Assembly (NCBI GenBank): GCA_964541355.1
Contig: CAZISK010000001.1
Span: 4,335-68,334 of the forward strand
Source: an uncultured Candidatus Obscuribacterales bacterium
GTDB taxonomy: Bacteria; Cyanobacteriota; Vampirovibrionia; Obscuribacterales; Obscuribacteraceae
Reading direction: 5' to 3'
Length of the DNA stretch: 64,000 nucleotides
Part shown: positions 8,709 through 18,324 of the stretch, piece by piece
Numbering within the stretch: position 1 is the first letter of the stretch
Layout of the letters: each line of letters starts with the position of its first letter
The notes under the pieces: model-generated
What the model was told of the DNA's origin: nothing
Databases searched by the model: none
The model's input: only the letters and a program-made list of their open reading frames with translations
Translations under genes and position numbers: made by a program

Positions 8709-9788
8709 TCACCCGGATTTTTCCCAATCGATTTGGTCGGAATGCTCTTCTCTTCCCAAGAACAGCACGTACTGTGGTTTTTTTGTGTTGTCAAACAGAT
8801 CACTGATCCCTTCAGTCAGGGGCCCGATTGCGTCAACCACGCGCTTAACTGGGTTGCGCCATGCGGGATTCGTAGCCAATAAATTCCGGGCCCAGTCAAA
8901 GTCGTTGCCTCGACTGTATAGATAGCGTCGGCTGTGCTTGAGCTGCAGCCTATTCAGATAATCAGCACCGTCAAGCGAGAGGTGTGTACAGTAGCCATCC
9001 ACCTTCTGCAGCGAGCTGAAATACTTGCGCTCAAAGAGAGAGAGCGTGACTGTTGGCGACAAGTTGCAAATGATTTGGATACCAGGTGACAGCAGTCCTT
9101 CACCGCTGATCAAACTGCTTGATTCATGCGGCAGGAGTATGACTGGTGTGTCGCACGTTACGAGTTCGCGGTTGGCGGATGTGCTAAAAAGCCAAATGTG
9201 TTTGGCTATCTCCGGAGCTGCTTCAAAGCCAGCGGTCAAGGTCATTAGCACGTGTTGTCCGGCTTGGCATTCTCGGCTTAGTTGAACATCAAAATCGTCT
9301 TCGTTCTGCAGCTCAATCCCAGCTCGTTCCATTTGCAGATTGGCCAGGACTCGGAGGCTGACTCGTGCAAGATTGATTAGACTCTCCCGCTGGTCTGGAG
9401 TTCGAAGATACTGAACGGCCAGAAAGAACGCAAGGCGTATACGATCCTGTTTATAGATCAGCCGCTTGTCGGACAATCTTTTCGGAGTCTTGCGAAGACG
9501 GAAGACTTCGGCTGCGCTAAGTATCGCTTCGATCACGGGTTGTCCTTGGGCCTCCACTTCCGTGAAAGCGCGCTCGCTAATCTGAAATCGCTCAGGAATT
9601 TGTGGATCGTGATCGACGGTTTTCATGTCGTAGAAATATTCCTGGCATGCCGTCTTGTTAATTGCATTCTCGAAACTTCTGTCCGTCTGCTTGTCGAACA
9701 CAAAGATCTTTCCCGGCTTGCTCGCGAATCGGGATAGACTTTTTTGCGGAAGAAAATGTTGCTTCTTCGTTTTCTGGCGATTCTTCAT
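8709..9788 (-). CDS. DUF4238-family protein
   Basis: 359 aa. The N-terminal KKQHFLPQKSLSRFA matches the H(F/Y)(L/V)PQ.yLr.F signature of DUF4238. It lies 20 nt downstream of the HNH gene on the same strand. Confidence 0.65.
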   Translation of the reverse strand: MKNRQKTKKQHFLPQKSLSRFASKPGKIFVFDKQTDRSFENAINKTACQEYFYDMKTVDHDPQIPERFQISERAFTEVEAQGQPVIEAILSAAEVFRLRKTPKRLSDKRLIYKQDRIRLAFFLAVQYLRTPDQRESLINLARVSLRVLANLQMERAGIELQNEDDFDVQLSRECQAGQHVLMTLTAGFEAAPEIAKHIWLFSTSANRELVTCDTPVILLPHESSSLISGEGLLSPGIQIICNLSPTVTLSLFERKYFSSLQKVDGYCTHLSLDGADYLNRLQLKHSRRYLYSRGNDFDWARNLLATNPAWRNPVKRVVDAIGPLTEGISDLFDNTKKPQYVLFLGREEHSDQIDWEKSG

Positions 9789-9808
9789 GAGAATTCTTTT
9801 TTCACCAC

Positions 9809-10906
9809 TCAGCCAATGACGCCAGCCATATTGGAAAAAATGTTGAACTCAGAGGTGCTGCCTAAACAGTACCGTGCGCGATCTTCTCTGTAAAAGACCT
9901 TCTTGACCAAATCAAACTGATGCCCAAATCCAAAGGAACGGCGATTGCCTGTTCGGAATGGATACACTGACAGATTTACTATGTACCGAAGGTGTCCAAC
10001 AAGGGACATCTCAGCCAGAATGCGGTTGTTACTTTCAAAGACTCGGACAATGTGAAACGGAATATGCGGACGGTCTTCGTGTCCCTTCATGGCGACGCCA
10101 TGATTCGTGACTGTCACCGGGTTTGATTCTGACCGGGAACGAATGAAGTCACGGATGGACTCATAGTCTTCATGGTACAGAATTTCGCCGAGTCCAGATT
10201 TGATAGTGCAAAATGCGAAATAGTTGAATGCGATTTTGGCAATGATCCGCATAATGTTTTGATCAAGTCGTCCCTCGAACTCACAGTCGAACACGCCATC
10301 TGAGTTTAGTTCCAACAGCTCCTGATTCGATTGTTGATAATTGATGCCGCGTTTGCGGAGTTCGGAAATTAGCTCACCAACCCCATCCTCTCCATGCGCG
10401 AAGATACTAATGGAAGAGCGCTCTGCTCCAGTCCATTTGATTCGGTCGGCAAAGCCTTTTGCATCCCGGACGCCTTTCAGAAAAATCATCTGGCAATGGC
10501 CATTCTTGCCCTCAATGACAATTTGAGGGGCAGGTATGGCCTTGCCAGTTTCTGGATCCAGCGTGGGAAACATCTGATCAAAGATCCGCTGTTCGCCGGT
10601 GATGCGATTCTTGAACTTCATGCGGTCCTTGCGAAATCGGATGGAAGAATCGTTCCGGAATTGATACTGGGCAGCGATGAAGCCCTCGACAGAATCTTCT
10701 TTGAAGAAGGTTTCCAGTTTGCTGAAACCGTTGTTGCACGTGTCGCACACCTCCAGCAAAATCAAACTAGTGGGCGTGAAAGTTCCCAACGATTGAGGTA
10801 TGACGTGTTCTCGTCCATTGAAAGGTCGATCTGATCGCAGACAATAGATACAACGCACGATGTCAGACCCTCCTTCCGTCAAGACCGCAGATGATGGTAT
10901 TCGCAC
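9809..10906 (-). CDS. HNH-endonuclease-domain protein with a large uncharacterised C-terminal region
   Basis: CIYCLRSDRPFNGREHVIPQSLGTF...VCDTCNNGFSKLE is a CxxC...EH(V/I)IP..LG...CxxCN HNH-type core. The likely true start is the GTG at 10856-10858, preceded by GGAAGGAGGG. Confidence 0.65.
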   Translation of the reverse strand: MRIPSSAVLTEGGSDIVRCIYCLRSDRPFNGREHVIPQSLGTFTPTSLILLEVCDTCNNGFSKLETFFKEDSVEGFIAAQYQFRNDSSIRFRKDRMKFKNRITGEQRIFDQMFPTLDPETGKAIPAPQIVIEGKNGHCQMIFLKGVRDAKGFADRIKWTGAERSSISIFAHGEDGVGELISELRKRGINYQQSNQELLELNSDGVFDCEFEGRLDQNIMRIIAKIAFNYFAFCTIKSGLGEILYHEDYESIRDFIRSRSESNPVTVTNHGVAMKGHEDRPHIPFHIVRVFESNNRILAEMSLVGHLRYIVNLSVYPFRTGNRRSFGFGHQFDLVKKVFYREDRARYCLGSTSEFNIFSNMAGVIG

Positions 10907-11021
10907 GAATTGTTAGCTGCGCCGCATAATCCGCGCAGCCGGACAAATGTATGGTACCAGATTCGGCTTGGTTGGTCAAGTTTTTTATTATGGTACGTCC
11001 GGCGGAGTCCAGAGGGACTGG

Positions 11022-11282
11022 TTATCGAAGCGCGTGGTCCATTTTGTTGACAAAGGCCGAAACGATCGAGTCGCAGGCAGCATAGTTGACGCCTTCAACT
11101 GTGGGACTGAAATCATATTGGATCAAGGTTGTACCGCGTTCGGTTTTGCGGATTTGGATATCTAGCGCCAGAAAGCGCTGGAGGCGTTCTTTGTGCGTGC
11201 GGATGTTGCCGCGCGCGTCACCTTCGATGCGCGTGAATTCGTCGGTGAAGCGCAGGTTTGCGGTAATGCAGTCGCTCAACAA
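11022..11282 (-). CDS. hypothetical protein, possibly the 3' part of a frameshifted gene
   Basis: 86-aa ORF with a TTG start. A well-placed RBS plus ATG (aaggagaacaaacaATG, ATG at ~11368) opens a different frame that terminates after ~49 codons inside this ORF's 5' end. Confidence 0.3.
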   Translation of the reverse strand: MLSDCITANLRFTDEFTRIEGDARGNIRTHKERLQRFLALDIQIRKTERGTTLIQYDFSPTVEGVNYAACDSIVSAFVNKMDHALR

Positions 11283-11394
11283 GTTCTTCGTAAAGTGCTT
11301 CTGCTCGGTCGACTTTGGTGAACGCTGAATTGCCGAAGGCGACCGCGTCTTTTAGATTTAGTTTTTCCATTGTTTGTTCTCCTTAAGACAAGAA

Positions 11395-11423
11395 GGAGAG
11401 AGCGACTAAGTTCTGCTCTCTCC
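11395..11423 (-). terminator. stem-loop, candidate intrinsic terminator for the excisionase-like gene
   Basis: GGAGAGAGC (11395-11403) and GCTCTCTCC (11415-11423) form a perfect 9-bp stem with an 11-nt loop. On the minus-strand RNA it is followed by UUCUUGUCUU. It lies 23 nt downstream of the stop at 11446. Confidence 0.4.
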
Positions 11424-11445
11424 TTCAGGAAGAATGTTGGCGTTG

Positions 11446-11673
11446 TTAGCGGAAACAGATATCTGTGTCCAAAGAGCAGTTTCGTTGTATTGAGTAACTG
11501 TTCTTTTTGATGAGATGCGCAATCCCGCTCCGAGTGAGCATGATGCGCTGTTCGATACGAACCACTGGCAGTTTGCGTTGTTTGATCAACCTGCGAATTG
11601 TGTGTTCAGACATATAGAGTAGCTGTGCTGCATCACGAACGCTATAGAGCTGAAGGTTGTTTGCATCTGTCAT
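11446..11673 (-). CDS. excisionase/MerR-type helix-turn-helix DNA-binding protein
   Basis: MTDANNLQLYSVRDAAQLLYMSEHTIRRLIKQRKLPVVRIEQRIMLTRSGIAHLI. The y.v.eaA..L.vs..ti.rli..g.lp pattern fits excisionase-family HTH. ATG 11671-11673 is preceded by GGAGG. The ORF track extends to 11748. Confidence 0.65.
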   Translation of the reverse strand: MTDANNLQLYSVRDAAQLLYMSEHTIRRLIKQRKLPVVRIEQRIMLTRSGIAHLIKKNSYSIQRNCSLDTDICFR

Positions 11674-12062
11674 GGCGACCTCCAGGTGTGTATGTATGGG
11701 CGGTGATTCACCGCGCACATTATTAGAAGAGCGTGTCCGATGCACCACATGCGGTGCTATGCCGGTCTATCTTGATAGCCGAAAATCAAACACGATGAAT
11801 TAGGGAAAGTGGTTGGGAATGGTCATCAATCTGTGAAAAAGTGACCCTGAACAAAAACGAGGCTAGCCGTGTTTAGCTGGCCTCGGAGGAAGTGCATCGA
11901 GCATTATATTCATCATATCGATGGTTACGAAAAACGCACCATAGGGAAAACCCTGACAATCTGCGATGGGTTCAGACTTCAATTGATATTGGTTGTAAGG
12001 CATCACTTAAGCTTCCTGATACACTTAGGGGGTTCTGATTGTTCGTGTGTGAGGAAGTGGGA

Positions 12063-12485
12063 ATGAATTATTGGCTACTTTGCTTGCCAAGAGAAGACTT
12101 GGAGCATTGTATGCGGCAGGGAACCTTCGGACTGGAGAGAAAGTACATTCTCGGGCAGGTTTCGAAAGGCGATCCTGTGGTGTGTTGCGCAGGGAAGGGT
12201 GACTGGAAGATCATCGGACTTGGTTCCGCAACAAGTGACTATTACGTAGGCGATTCCAAGATATTTTTGAAAGAAGGCTACTTCCCGGATCGTTTTGACT
12301 TCAGCACAGAAAAGTTACCGAATGATCTGGAGATCGATATCAAGTCAATATTCGATCGTTTGAGCTTTGTCACAAACATCGCGTATTGGCCGGTGTTCTT
12401 TCGTAATGGAATAGCCAAAATGTCGCGGCAAGACTGGGAATTGATCTCCGAGAAGACTAGCGATTCTGCGGCGCACCGAAAGTAG
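12063..12485 (+). CDS. PUA-like (EVE/ASCH-type) domain protein
   Basis: MNYWLLCLPRED...GTFGL...GQVSKGDPVVCCAGKGDWKIIGLGSATSDYY. An N-terminal (N/K)YWL followed by GD.vv.y.....ivG.g is the usual EVE/PUA-like pattern. RBS gaggaag lies upstream. It converges on the SNF2 gene. Confidence 0.45.
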   Translation: MNYWLLCLPREDLEHCMRQGTFGLERKYILGQVSKGDPVVCCAGKGDWKIIGLGSATSDYYVGDSKIFLKEGYFPDRFDFSTEKLPNDLEIDIKSIFDRLSFVTNIAYWPVFFRNGIAKMSRQDWELISEKTSDSAAHRK

Positions 12486-12580
12486 ATGCCGGTGCGCAAA
12501 ATGTCATTATTTTGATTGGTCGTGGTGGCGCAGATTGGTACTGAATATGGTGCGATTTTCGGAATGCAATTGAGCCGACT

Positions 12581-15304
12581 TTACCAAGGTGCGGAAAGCC
12601 GATCCACTACGTCTCGTCGTGATAGCACTCTAGAGCAAAGTTCCCAGCGGTTCTTATCAGGATCTATCGTTTCCTGATAACGGATCTCGAACACATCGCG
12701 TGCTTGTTGCCGGAGGTGAATGTACTTATCCATCATTTCGTCGAGTTTTTCCTCGGTGTCGATCCAATCATCGTCGATTGTGTCTGGCATGCCGCCCAGA
12801 ATGTCGTAGCGGTCCTTCATGCGTTTCGATAGAACGCGATACACTTTCTCATCCTGGGTATCATGGTATACCAGGTTCAGCATGTCCACCGTTCGGCGAG
12901 CTTGACCAAAACGCTTGATCCGTCCAAGACGCTGTTCCAATCTGGACGGATTCCATGGGAGATCGACGTTGATCAGTGTGCCGAGAGTTTGAAGGTTCAA
13001 TCCTTCGCAAGCCGCGTCGGTCGCTACAAGCAATCTAAGCTCGCGCTTCTTAACCGCCGCCTTGATGTCTTCTCGTTCCACTGACGCGAAGTCCCCGTCT
13101 CGGAATATGACGCTCTTGCCCGTTCCGGCATAGACGGCCACTGGCACACCATCCAGTACTTTGGCCAACTCCGAACCAAGTGAAAACGCAGTATCATAGT
13201 ACTGACTGAAGATTATGCATCCGTGTTCTAACCATGTCCTGCCCTCGGTGCGGTGTTCCGTAAGAAAGTAGCGCACTGCAGCGGTCTTCGGATCTCTAGC
13301 CTCTGGTCTGGAAAGTTCTTCGACAATGGTTTTTAAATGCTCGCTTTCCGCCGCACCGAGGTCTTTCAAAATTTCGCCGAGGAGCTTTGATTCGTCTTCA
13401 CCCTCAAGAATGTCTTTACGAAGGAGTTTCTCCGCGGTAGAGCGGCCTGACGCGAAGCTTGAGCAGATTCTTTGCAATAGCAGCGTCTTCATGAAACCGG
13501 CCCCTTTCTTGCCTTGTTTCTTCAGCGCATCAGTGAAATCCTCTGCTGCTTTATAGGCAAGATCGAATGGGTGGTTCGTCAACAATCCCTGCCCAGCAAA
13601 ACTTACTCCTCGGTACGCGGTAGCGGGTGCATTCGGATTGGGGTGAATGTCCACTGCAACTTTCTCCAAAAGTCCCATTTCTTCTAAGGTGCTGCGTCGG
13701 CGAAGTACTGTGTGTCGAAGAACTGGATTGTGCTCCCGTAAAAATCCGGGAGCCATAGCGAAACTTACAGCCTGTTGCTCCAACAGTCCCAGCGAACCGA
13801 ATCCTCTATCCGTAAAAAATGTTTGATCAGACAAGCCGAGCTGAAGCCTCAACTGTGCGAAGAGAGCATCTTCATTACCCGGTGGAATTGGATCGCGCAG
13901 CCATTCCCAAGCATCCTTCTCATCCGACGGCGATTCGTCACCCTTCACGACAGGGAGTGCCCTTTGCCAGTCTTGCCAAAGTCCTGTATGGCGTCGACCT
14001 AGCACGAACTCAGCACCACCATTGAGAATATGCAACAGATCCCACAGTTCCCGTACTTCTGTTTGGATTGGAGTTGCAGTTCCGAGAAGCAAATTTTTTG
14101 TTTGATGTCCGAGCAACAGCATGAACTCTAACAAGTTGTTGGGCTTATCTTTCTTGTCGCCGAGCCCTCCACCACGTCTAGCTTTGTGTGCCTCGTCCAA
14201 CACAACCGTACCGTATTTTCTTTCGAGAAGGTTCTGAGCTTCTTCAGAACCGTGGACAATTAGGCCGGTTGATACGATGGCAATAGAGAATGGACAATGC
14301 TTTACGTCAACCGCACCGCGCGTCTTTATAGCGTGTCCCTTGGGATCGATCCACTCTTTCTTCCCCGAGGACCACACGGCACTAGGAATGCCGAGCCTAT
14401 CAAAAAGTTCTACCTGCCATTGGAATTGCAATGTTGATGGGCACAGAATGAGAACGGGACCATCCTCTAGCAGAGCGGACATCATAGCGCTTGCGGCTAA
14501 AGAAAGGGTCTTTCCGACACCAACTTCATCGGCAAGCAGCAGTCGGACTTTCCCATAAGTTTCACGATGCTCCAGAAACATTGTTACGAAGGACCGTTGC
14601 CATGGCTCCAGTTGTTCGCCACCTCTATAAATTGGGCTCTCTGCCAGCGCTGCGGCTGGTAAATCTTTGGCATTGGTCTGTTCGAAACGGATTTCTACAC
14701 GTTCAGCTACGCGCTTCACTTCTTCTATGATGGCTTCGGGTAGCGGATAAGCATCCTTCCATAGCGCGTCGAATTCCTCTTCAACCCACGCAATGCCTTC
14801 GGCAGATCTATCCTCCCAGAGAATTTCGTAGTTCTGCGCAAAGGCGCTTTTGGTTTCATTTATTGAACCGAGAAAACATGTTTTCTCGCCATTTGCACAC
14901 TCGATAACACCGGCTTTGCCGTGGATAAAAACACGATCCTTTGGCACTACGCGAATCTCGACACGGCCGCTAGTGAGAAGCTCATAAAGCTTTCGATAAC
15001 GTTCTCGATGCAACAGGGCTTCCACTTCTGCTGGTGCTTCGTTCCATTTCTCCTTTAGAGCGACCTCTTGCACGTGCTTCGAAATTACTATGTCAGCCGC
15101 ATCCAGTTCGCTGTTGCATACAATCTGAACCTTAGGAATTGATGCGATTTCTTCGCCAACTAATTCGAAGATCGAGCTTCGAAAATATCCGGCAATTCGG
15201 CGGTAAGATCTCGCAGAACTCAATTTGGCACTCAGGAATGCGCGATCAAGTCGCTCTCGTCGGGAGGAAAAGCGTTGGATGTCCGTTAGCCCGCGCTGCG
15301 TCAT
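12581..15304 (-). CDS. SNF2/SF2 helicase with an N-terminal PLD-like (HKD-type) nuclease domain
   Basis: 907 aa. N-terminus: FIHGKAGVIE...FLGSINETKS (HxK...GSxN). Helicase motifs: LLADEVGVGKTLSL (I), VVLDEAHKAR (II, DEAH), LLGTATPIQ (III), LVATDAACEGLNLQ (V), NVDLPWNPSRLEQRLGRIKRFGQ (VI). Confidence 0.9.
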   Translation of the reverse strand: MTQRGLTDIQRFSSRRERLDRAFLSAKLSSARSYRRIAGYFRSSIFELVGEEIASIPKVQIVCNSELDAADIVISKHVQEVALKEKWNEAPAEVEALLHRERYRKLYELLTSGRVEIRVVPKDRVFIHGKAGVIECANGEKTCFLGSINETKSAFAQNYEILWEDRSAEGIAWVEEEFDALWKDAYPLPEAIIEEVKRVAERVEIRFEQTNAKDLPAAALAESPIYRGGEQLEPWQRSFVTMFLEHRETYGKVRLLLADEVGVGKTLSLAASAMMSALLEDGPVLILCPSTLQFQWQVELFDRLGIPSAVWSSGKKEWIDPKGHAIKTRGAVDVKHCPFSIAIVSTGLIVHGSEEAQNLLERKYGTVVLDEAHKARRGGGLGDKKDKPNNLLEFMLLLGHQTKNLLLGTATPIQTEVRELWDLLHILNGGAEFVLGRRHTGLWQDWQRALPVVKGDESPSDEKDAWEWLRDPIPPGNEDALFAQLRLQLGLSDQTFFTDRGFGSLGLLEQQAVSFAMAPGFLREHNPVLRHTVLRRRSTLEEMGLLEKVAVDIHPNPNAPATAYRGVSFAGQGLLTNHPFDLAYKAAEDFTDALKKQGKKGAGFMKTLLLQRICSSFASGRSTAEKLLRKDILEGEDESKLLGEILKDLGAAESEHLKTIVEELSRPEARDPKTAAVRYFLTEHRTEGRTWLEHGCIIFSQYYDTAFSLGSELAKVLDGVPVAVYAGTGKSVIFRDGDFASVEREDIKAAVKKRELRLLVATDAACEGLNLQTLGTLINVDLPWNPSRLEQRLGRIKRFGQARRTVDMLNLVYHDTQDEKVYRVLSKRMKDRYDILGGMPDTIDDDWIDTEEKLDEMMDKYIHLRQQARDVFEIRYQETIDPDKNRWELCSRVLSRRDVVDRLSAPW

Positions 15305-18300
15305 CCGAGCCTCTGATTCTTAACAAGTTCACAGAGAACTCGTGCAGAGCTTGCTTCATCTGGGCGAATTACATCAAGTCTTTTCGCAATATAGTCTGCA
15401 AGCTCAACGACAAGCTCGCGCTGCGTCATATCCATATAGTAATCTGCCACGTTGAGCGTCAGATGCGAGAGCACGTCTCCGCCATCGATATTCTTTTGCA
15501 GTTCCATAACGGCGTATAGAACGGCACGTAGTACTGATTGATGGAGTTCCGAACCTTCACTCATCTCTGAGCGGCCAAACTCGGTTGCGCTTCGTAGTCT
15601 TGCGTTATTTGCCTTATAGCTGGCAAGGAGAGGTTTGAAGTCTCGAACCTTGAACGCCTTCGCGAAGTTTTGGTAATTATCCAATGTCTTGGCACCACGT
15701 GCTTCCATATCGAGCATCTTTAGATAAAATCGTTCAGCGGCACGGAGCTTGTCCCAATGGAATTTTGGAATGCCTTGTGGCACGAGACACTGGTTCGCTG
15801 TGTCAACAGCAAAACCGATAAGTCCATCAACAAATGTAGTCTCCCCTTTGATTCGTGGGCGGATCGCCTCCGCTGACATGTCTCGACCATCAATAATTGC
15901 GTAACGTGTAAGGACTCGTAGAGCAGCGGCGTATCCGGCCATCTGGATATCGGCATCCTCGAATACGTTCTCATCGCGATAGAGACTTTTTGCGCTCTGG
16001 CTGAGACCGGTCAGTGCCTTAACTTGATTCTCCACTTCTTCTTGAATCTCCCAAGCAAGATCATCTCGCGTCGTTTTATGCATGCCCTGACGCTTTCGCA
16101 AGACCAGAATTACGGTACCTTTTACGTGACTACCATCACGCAACGCGCTTTCTGTTTCGGTGACAACGTACCAGGCTGCGGTGACACGTAACCCGGACGC
16201 CCAGACAATATTAGCCATATCTGCCCAGATTGAGCCAGATTGGTGCGTAAACATGATGACCTGAATTCCATTATCCGGCATACACTCAGTCATTCGTTTG
16301 TAAGCCGACACCATGTTGCGCCGAAAATCTTCGCCCTCTCCTCTTATGGCAAGCGCGCGTCGGCTGTCCCAAACCCAGTCGGCGAATTCTGGAGCTGTAT
16401 TCTTGCGCAACCAAGCTATGAAAAATTCCAGGATTTCGTCGTACCTTACCGCATCACCATAAGGTGGGTCCGTCACATAGAGTTCATTTGTTATTGCCAA
16501 CTGTTCTGCGGAATGGGAGGAAATCTTGCTTGAGATAGAAGGATCTAGAGGAAAGGTTTTGTAATCCGCATCAGCAATATCGAGTGCATAACGCATGCCA
16601 CGACATCCGTAGTTGATGAGCGTATTGAGTGCTTGATTGTCGAATGCACCGGTGACCATTGCTGCGCCGCTGCCGCCGATCGTGAAGCGACTCAGCCGGG
16701 AATTACAATTAAGCACCCGAGCAAATCCGAGTTTTAACTCTGCCTGAGTACATTGATTCAATAATCCCGCAACCAGCAATTGTCGAGGATTGAACAAATG
16801 ATGCCAATGCGTCCAGCCGCGCTCTCTATATAGGCGATCGGTTTCATCACCAGGTTCAATTCGCATATCTGGAATCCAGCCTTTGCTCTGCCAATCAGCC
16901 AGATTGTCGGCGATGAATTTTTCTACAATGCGTTCGCGCTCCAAGTCGTTTTCAGTTATTGTTCGGACCTCATATTCCTCACCGCGCCCACCGGCACTCG
17001 GCCGCATCCACTGAATAGCGTATAGCCGCTCTTGAAAAAGGTCACTTGTTCGTGGCATGAAATCGCTTTTTTCCCATAGCCGCAGTTTATTGCCCATGGA
17101 ACCATCGGCCGAACGATACTCACCGCGTAAGGTAGAAAGTTTAGTTCTATACTCAGTGCCATGCACGTTATGAATCAGATATGGATCTTGACCCCGCCCG
17201 TCACTTTGAACGGTGCCTTCTCGGGCCTTTTCCATATCCGCAGGGGAAACACCAGTACGAATTAGAATTTCGTAGCGCTTGTTTTCCGGGTCGGGTATCA
17301 GTTCTAGAACAATAGATCTGACTCTGTTGAGGACTCGATTAGGAAGCATCGGCACAAGCCATCCGGATTCAGGACATCGAACTTCATTACAGTACAAATA
17401 GATCTTGCCTCTCCATCCGTGACCGTCTGTTTCAATTCCCAATCGTGAAATCTCGTTCTCCACTCTCTCAATCATTTCACTTTGAGCAGTTTGAAGATTT
17501 TTTCGATGAATATCTGAACCGCCAACTATATTGAAGGCACCCCACGTGAGCATGCAGGCAACTGGATTTAGGTCAGAGGCATAGACGTCGCAGCCCAAGC
17601 GGGCCGCTTCAAATGGGATTTGTCCGGAACCGCAGAAAGTATCTGCGAAACGTGGACGATGTCCATATCGCATGATTCCGAGCTGCTCTCCAAGTTCTGT
17701 AAACGAAAAAGCATTGGTTCCGAGGTGCGAATTTACTTCCTCCCAAATGTGCTTGTGAACATCAAGAGGATCTTCTTCGGGCCTCTTCGATTCTTCTACG
17801 CGTTTGCGATAAGGCTGGGGAAGCATCTGTGCTTCCAGCTTTCTGCGAGTAGCATCGGAAAGATCGGAGCGCCATTCCACGGTGACATTTTCGTACTGGT
17901 CGTTGGACCAATCCACTGGTGCCGACAACGGGAGGACGTTGTGCGGCTGCACAGTAAAATAATCAGCGATGCGAGGTATCGTTAGGGCGCCAAGTATTTC
18001 TTTGGGTTTTGATCGCCGTTTCGATCGAGCCACAAAGGATTCGTCATCCATGCCCATCAACATTTCGAAGATTTCGAGGTCGCGCGCGGTGTTATCTGTG
18101 GCTGGCAATAGACAACCCAGTATGCATGCTTTATTTAGAATCAGCGGTTTGCGTCCCTTCCAATAACTCCCAAGCGCCGTCAGCGTTTTACCTGTGCCAG
18201 CCATTTGCTCTTTATACGCTTCAGCGGATAGTTTTTGGACTGGTAGAAATCGTTCTATAAGAGCTGGCGCGTCCTTTAAGGAGAGCGGCTTCACCAACGC

Positions 18301-18324
18301 TGTATGTTTAACTACAAGACTCAT
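15301..18324 (-). CDS. DUF1156-type (COG1743-like) DNA methyltransferase
   Basis: 1007 aa. The N-terminal PVQKLSAEAYKE...GKTLTALGSYWKGRKPL is DUF1156-like. SAM motif I is FADTFCGSGQIPFEAARLG, and catalytic motif IV is VTDPPYGDAV (DPPY). It has 4-nt overlaps with both neighbouring genes. Confidence 0.9.
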   Translation of the reverse strand: MSLVVKHTALVKPLSLKDAPALIERFLPVQKLSAEAYKEQMAGTGKTLTALGSYWKGRKPLILNKACILGCLLPATDNTARDLEIFEMLMGMDDESFVARSKRRSKPKEILGALTIPRIADYFTVQPHNVLPLSAPVDWSNDQYENVTVEWRSDLSDATRRKLEAQMLPQPYRKRVEESKRPEEDPLDVHKHIWEEVNSHLGTNAFSFTELGEQLGIMRYGHRPRFADTFCGSGQIPFEAARLGCDVYASDLNPVACMLTWGAFNIVGGSDIHRKNLQTAQSEMIERVENEISRLGIETDGHGWRGKIYLYCNEVRCPESGWLVPMLPNRVLNRVRSIVLELIPDPENKRYEILIRTGVSPADMEKAREGTVQSDGRGQDPYLIHNVHGTEYRTKLSTLRGEYRSADGSMGNKLRLWEKSDFMPRTSDLFQERLYAIQWMRPSAGGRGEEYEVRTITENDLERERIVEKFIADNLADWQSKGWIPDMRIEPGDETDRLYRERGWTHWHHLFNPRQLLVAGLLNQCTQAELKLGFARVLNCNSRLSRFTIGGSGAAMVTGAFDNQALNTLINYGCRGMRYALDIADADYKTFPLDPSISSKISSHSAEQLAITNELYVTDPPYGDAVRYDEILEFFIAWLRKNTAPEFADWVWDSRRALAIRGEGEDFRRNMVSAYKRMTECMPDNGIQVIMFTHQSGSIWADMANIVWASGLRVTAAWYVVTETESALRDGSHVKGTVILVLRKRQGMHKTTRDDLAWEIQEEVENQVKALTGLSQSAKSLYRDENVFEDADIQMAGYAAALRVLTRYAIIDGRDMSAEAIRPRIKGETTFVDGLIGFAVDTANQCLVPQGIPKFHWDKLRAAERFYLKMLDMEARGAKTLDNYQNFAKAFKVRDFKPLLASYKANNARLRSATEFGRSEMSEGSELHQSVLRAVLYAVMELQKNIDGGDVLSHLTLNVADYYMDMTQRELVVELADYIAKRLDVIRPDEASSARVLCELVKNQRLG

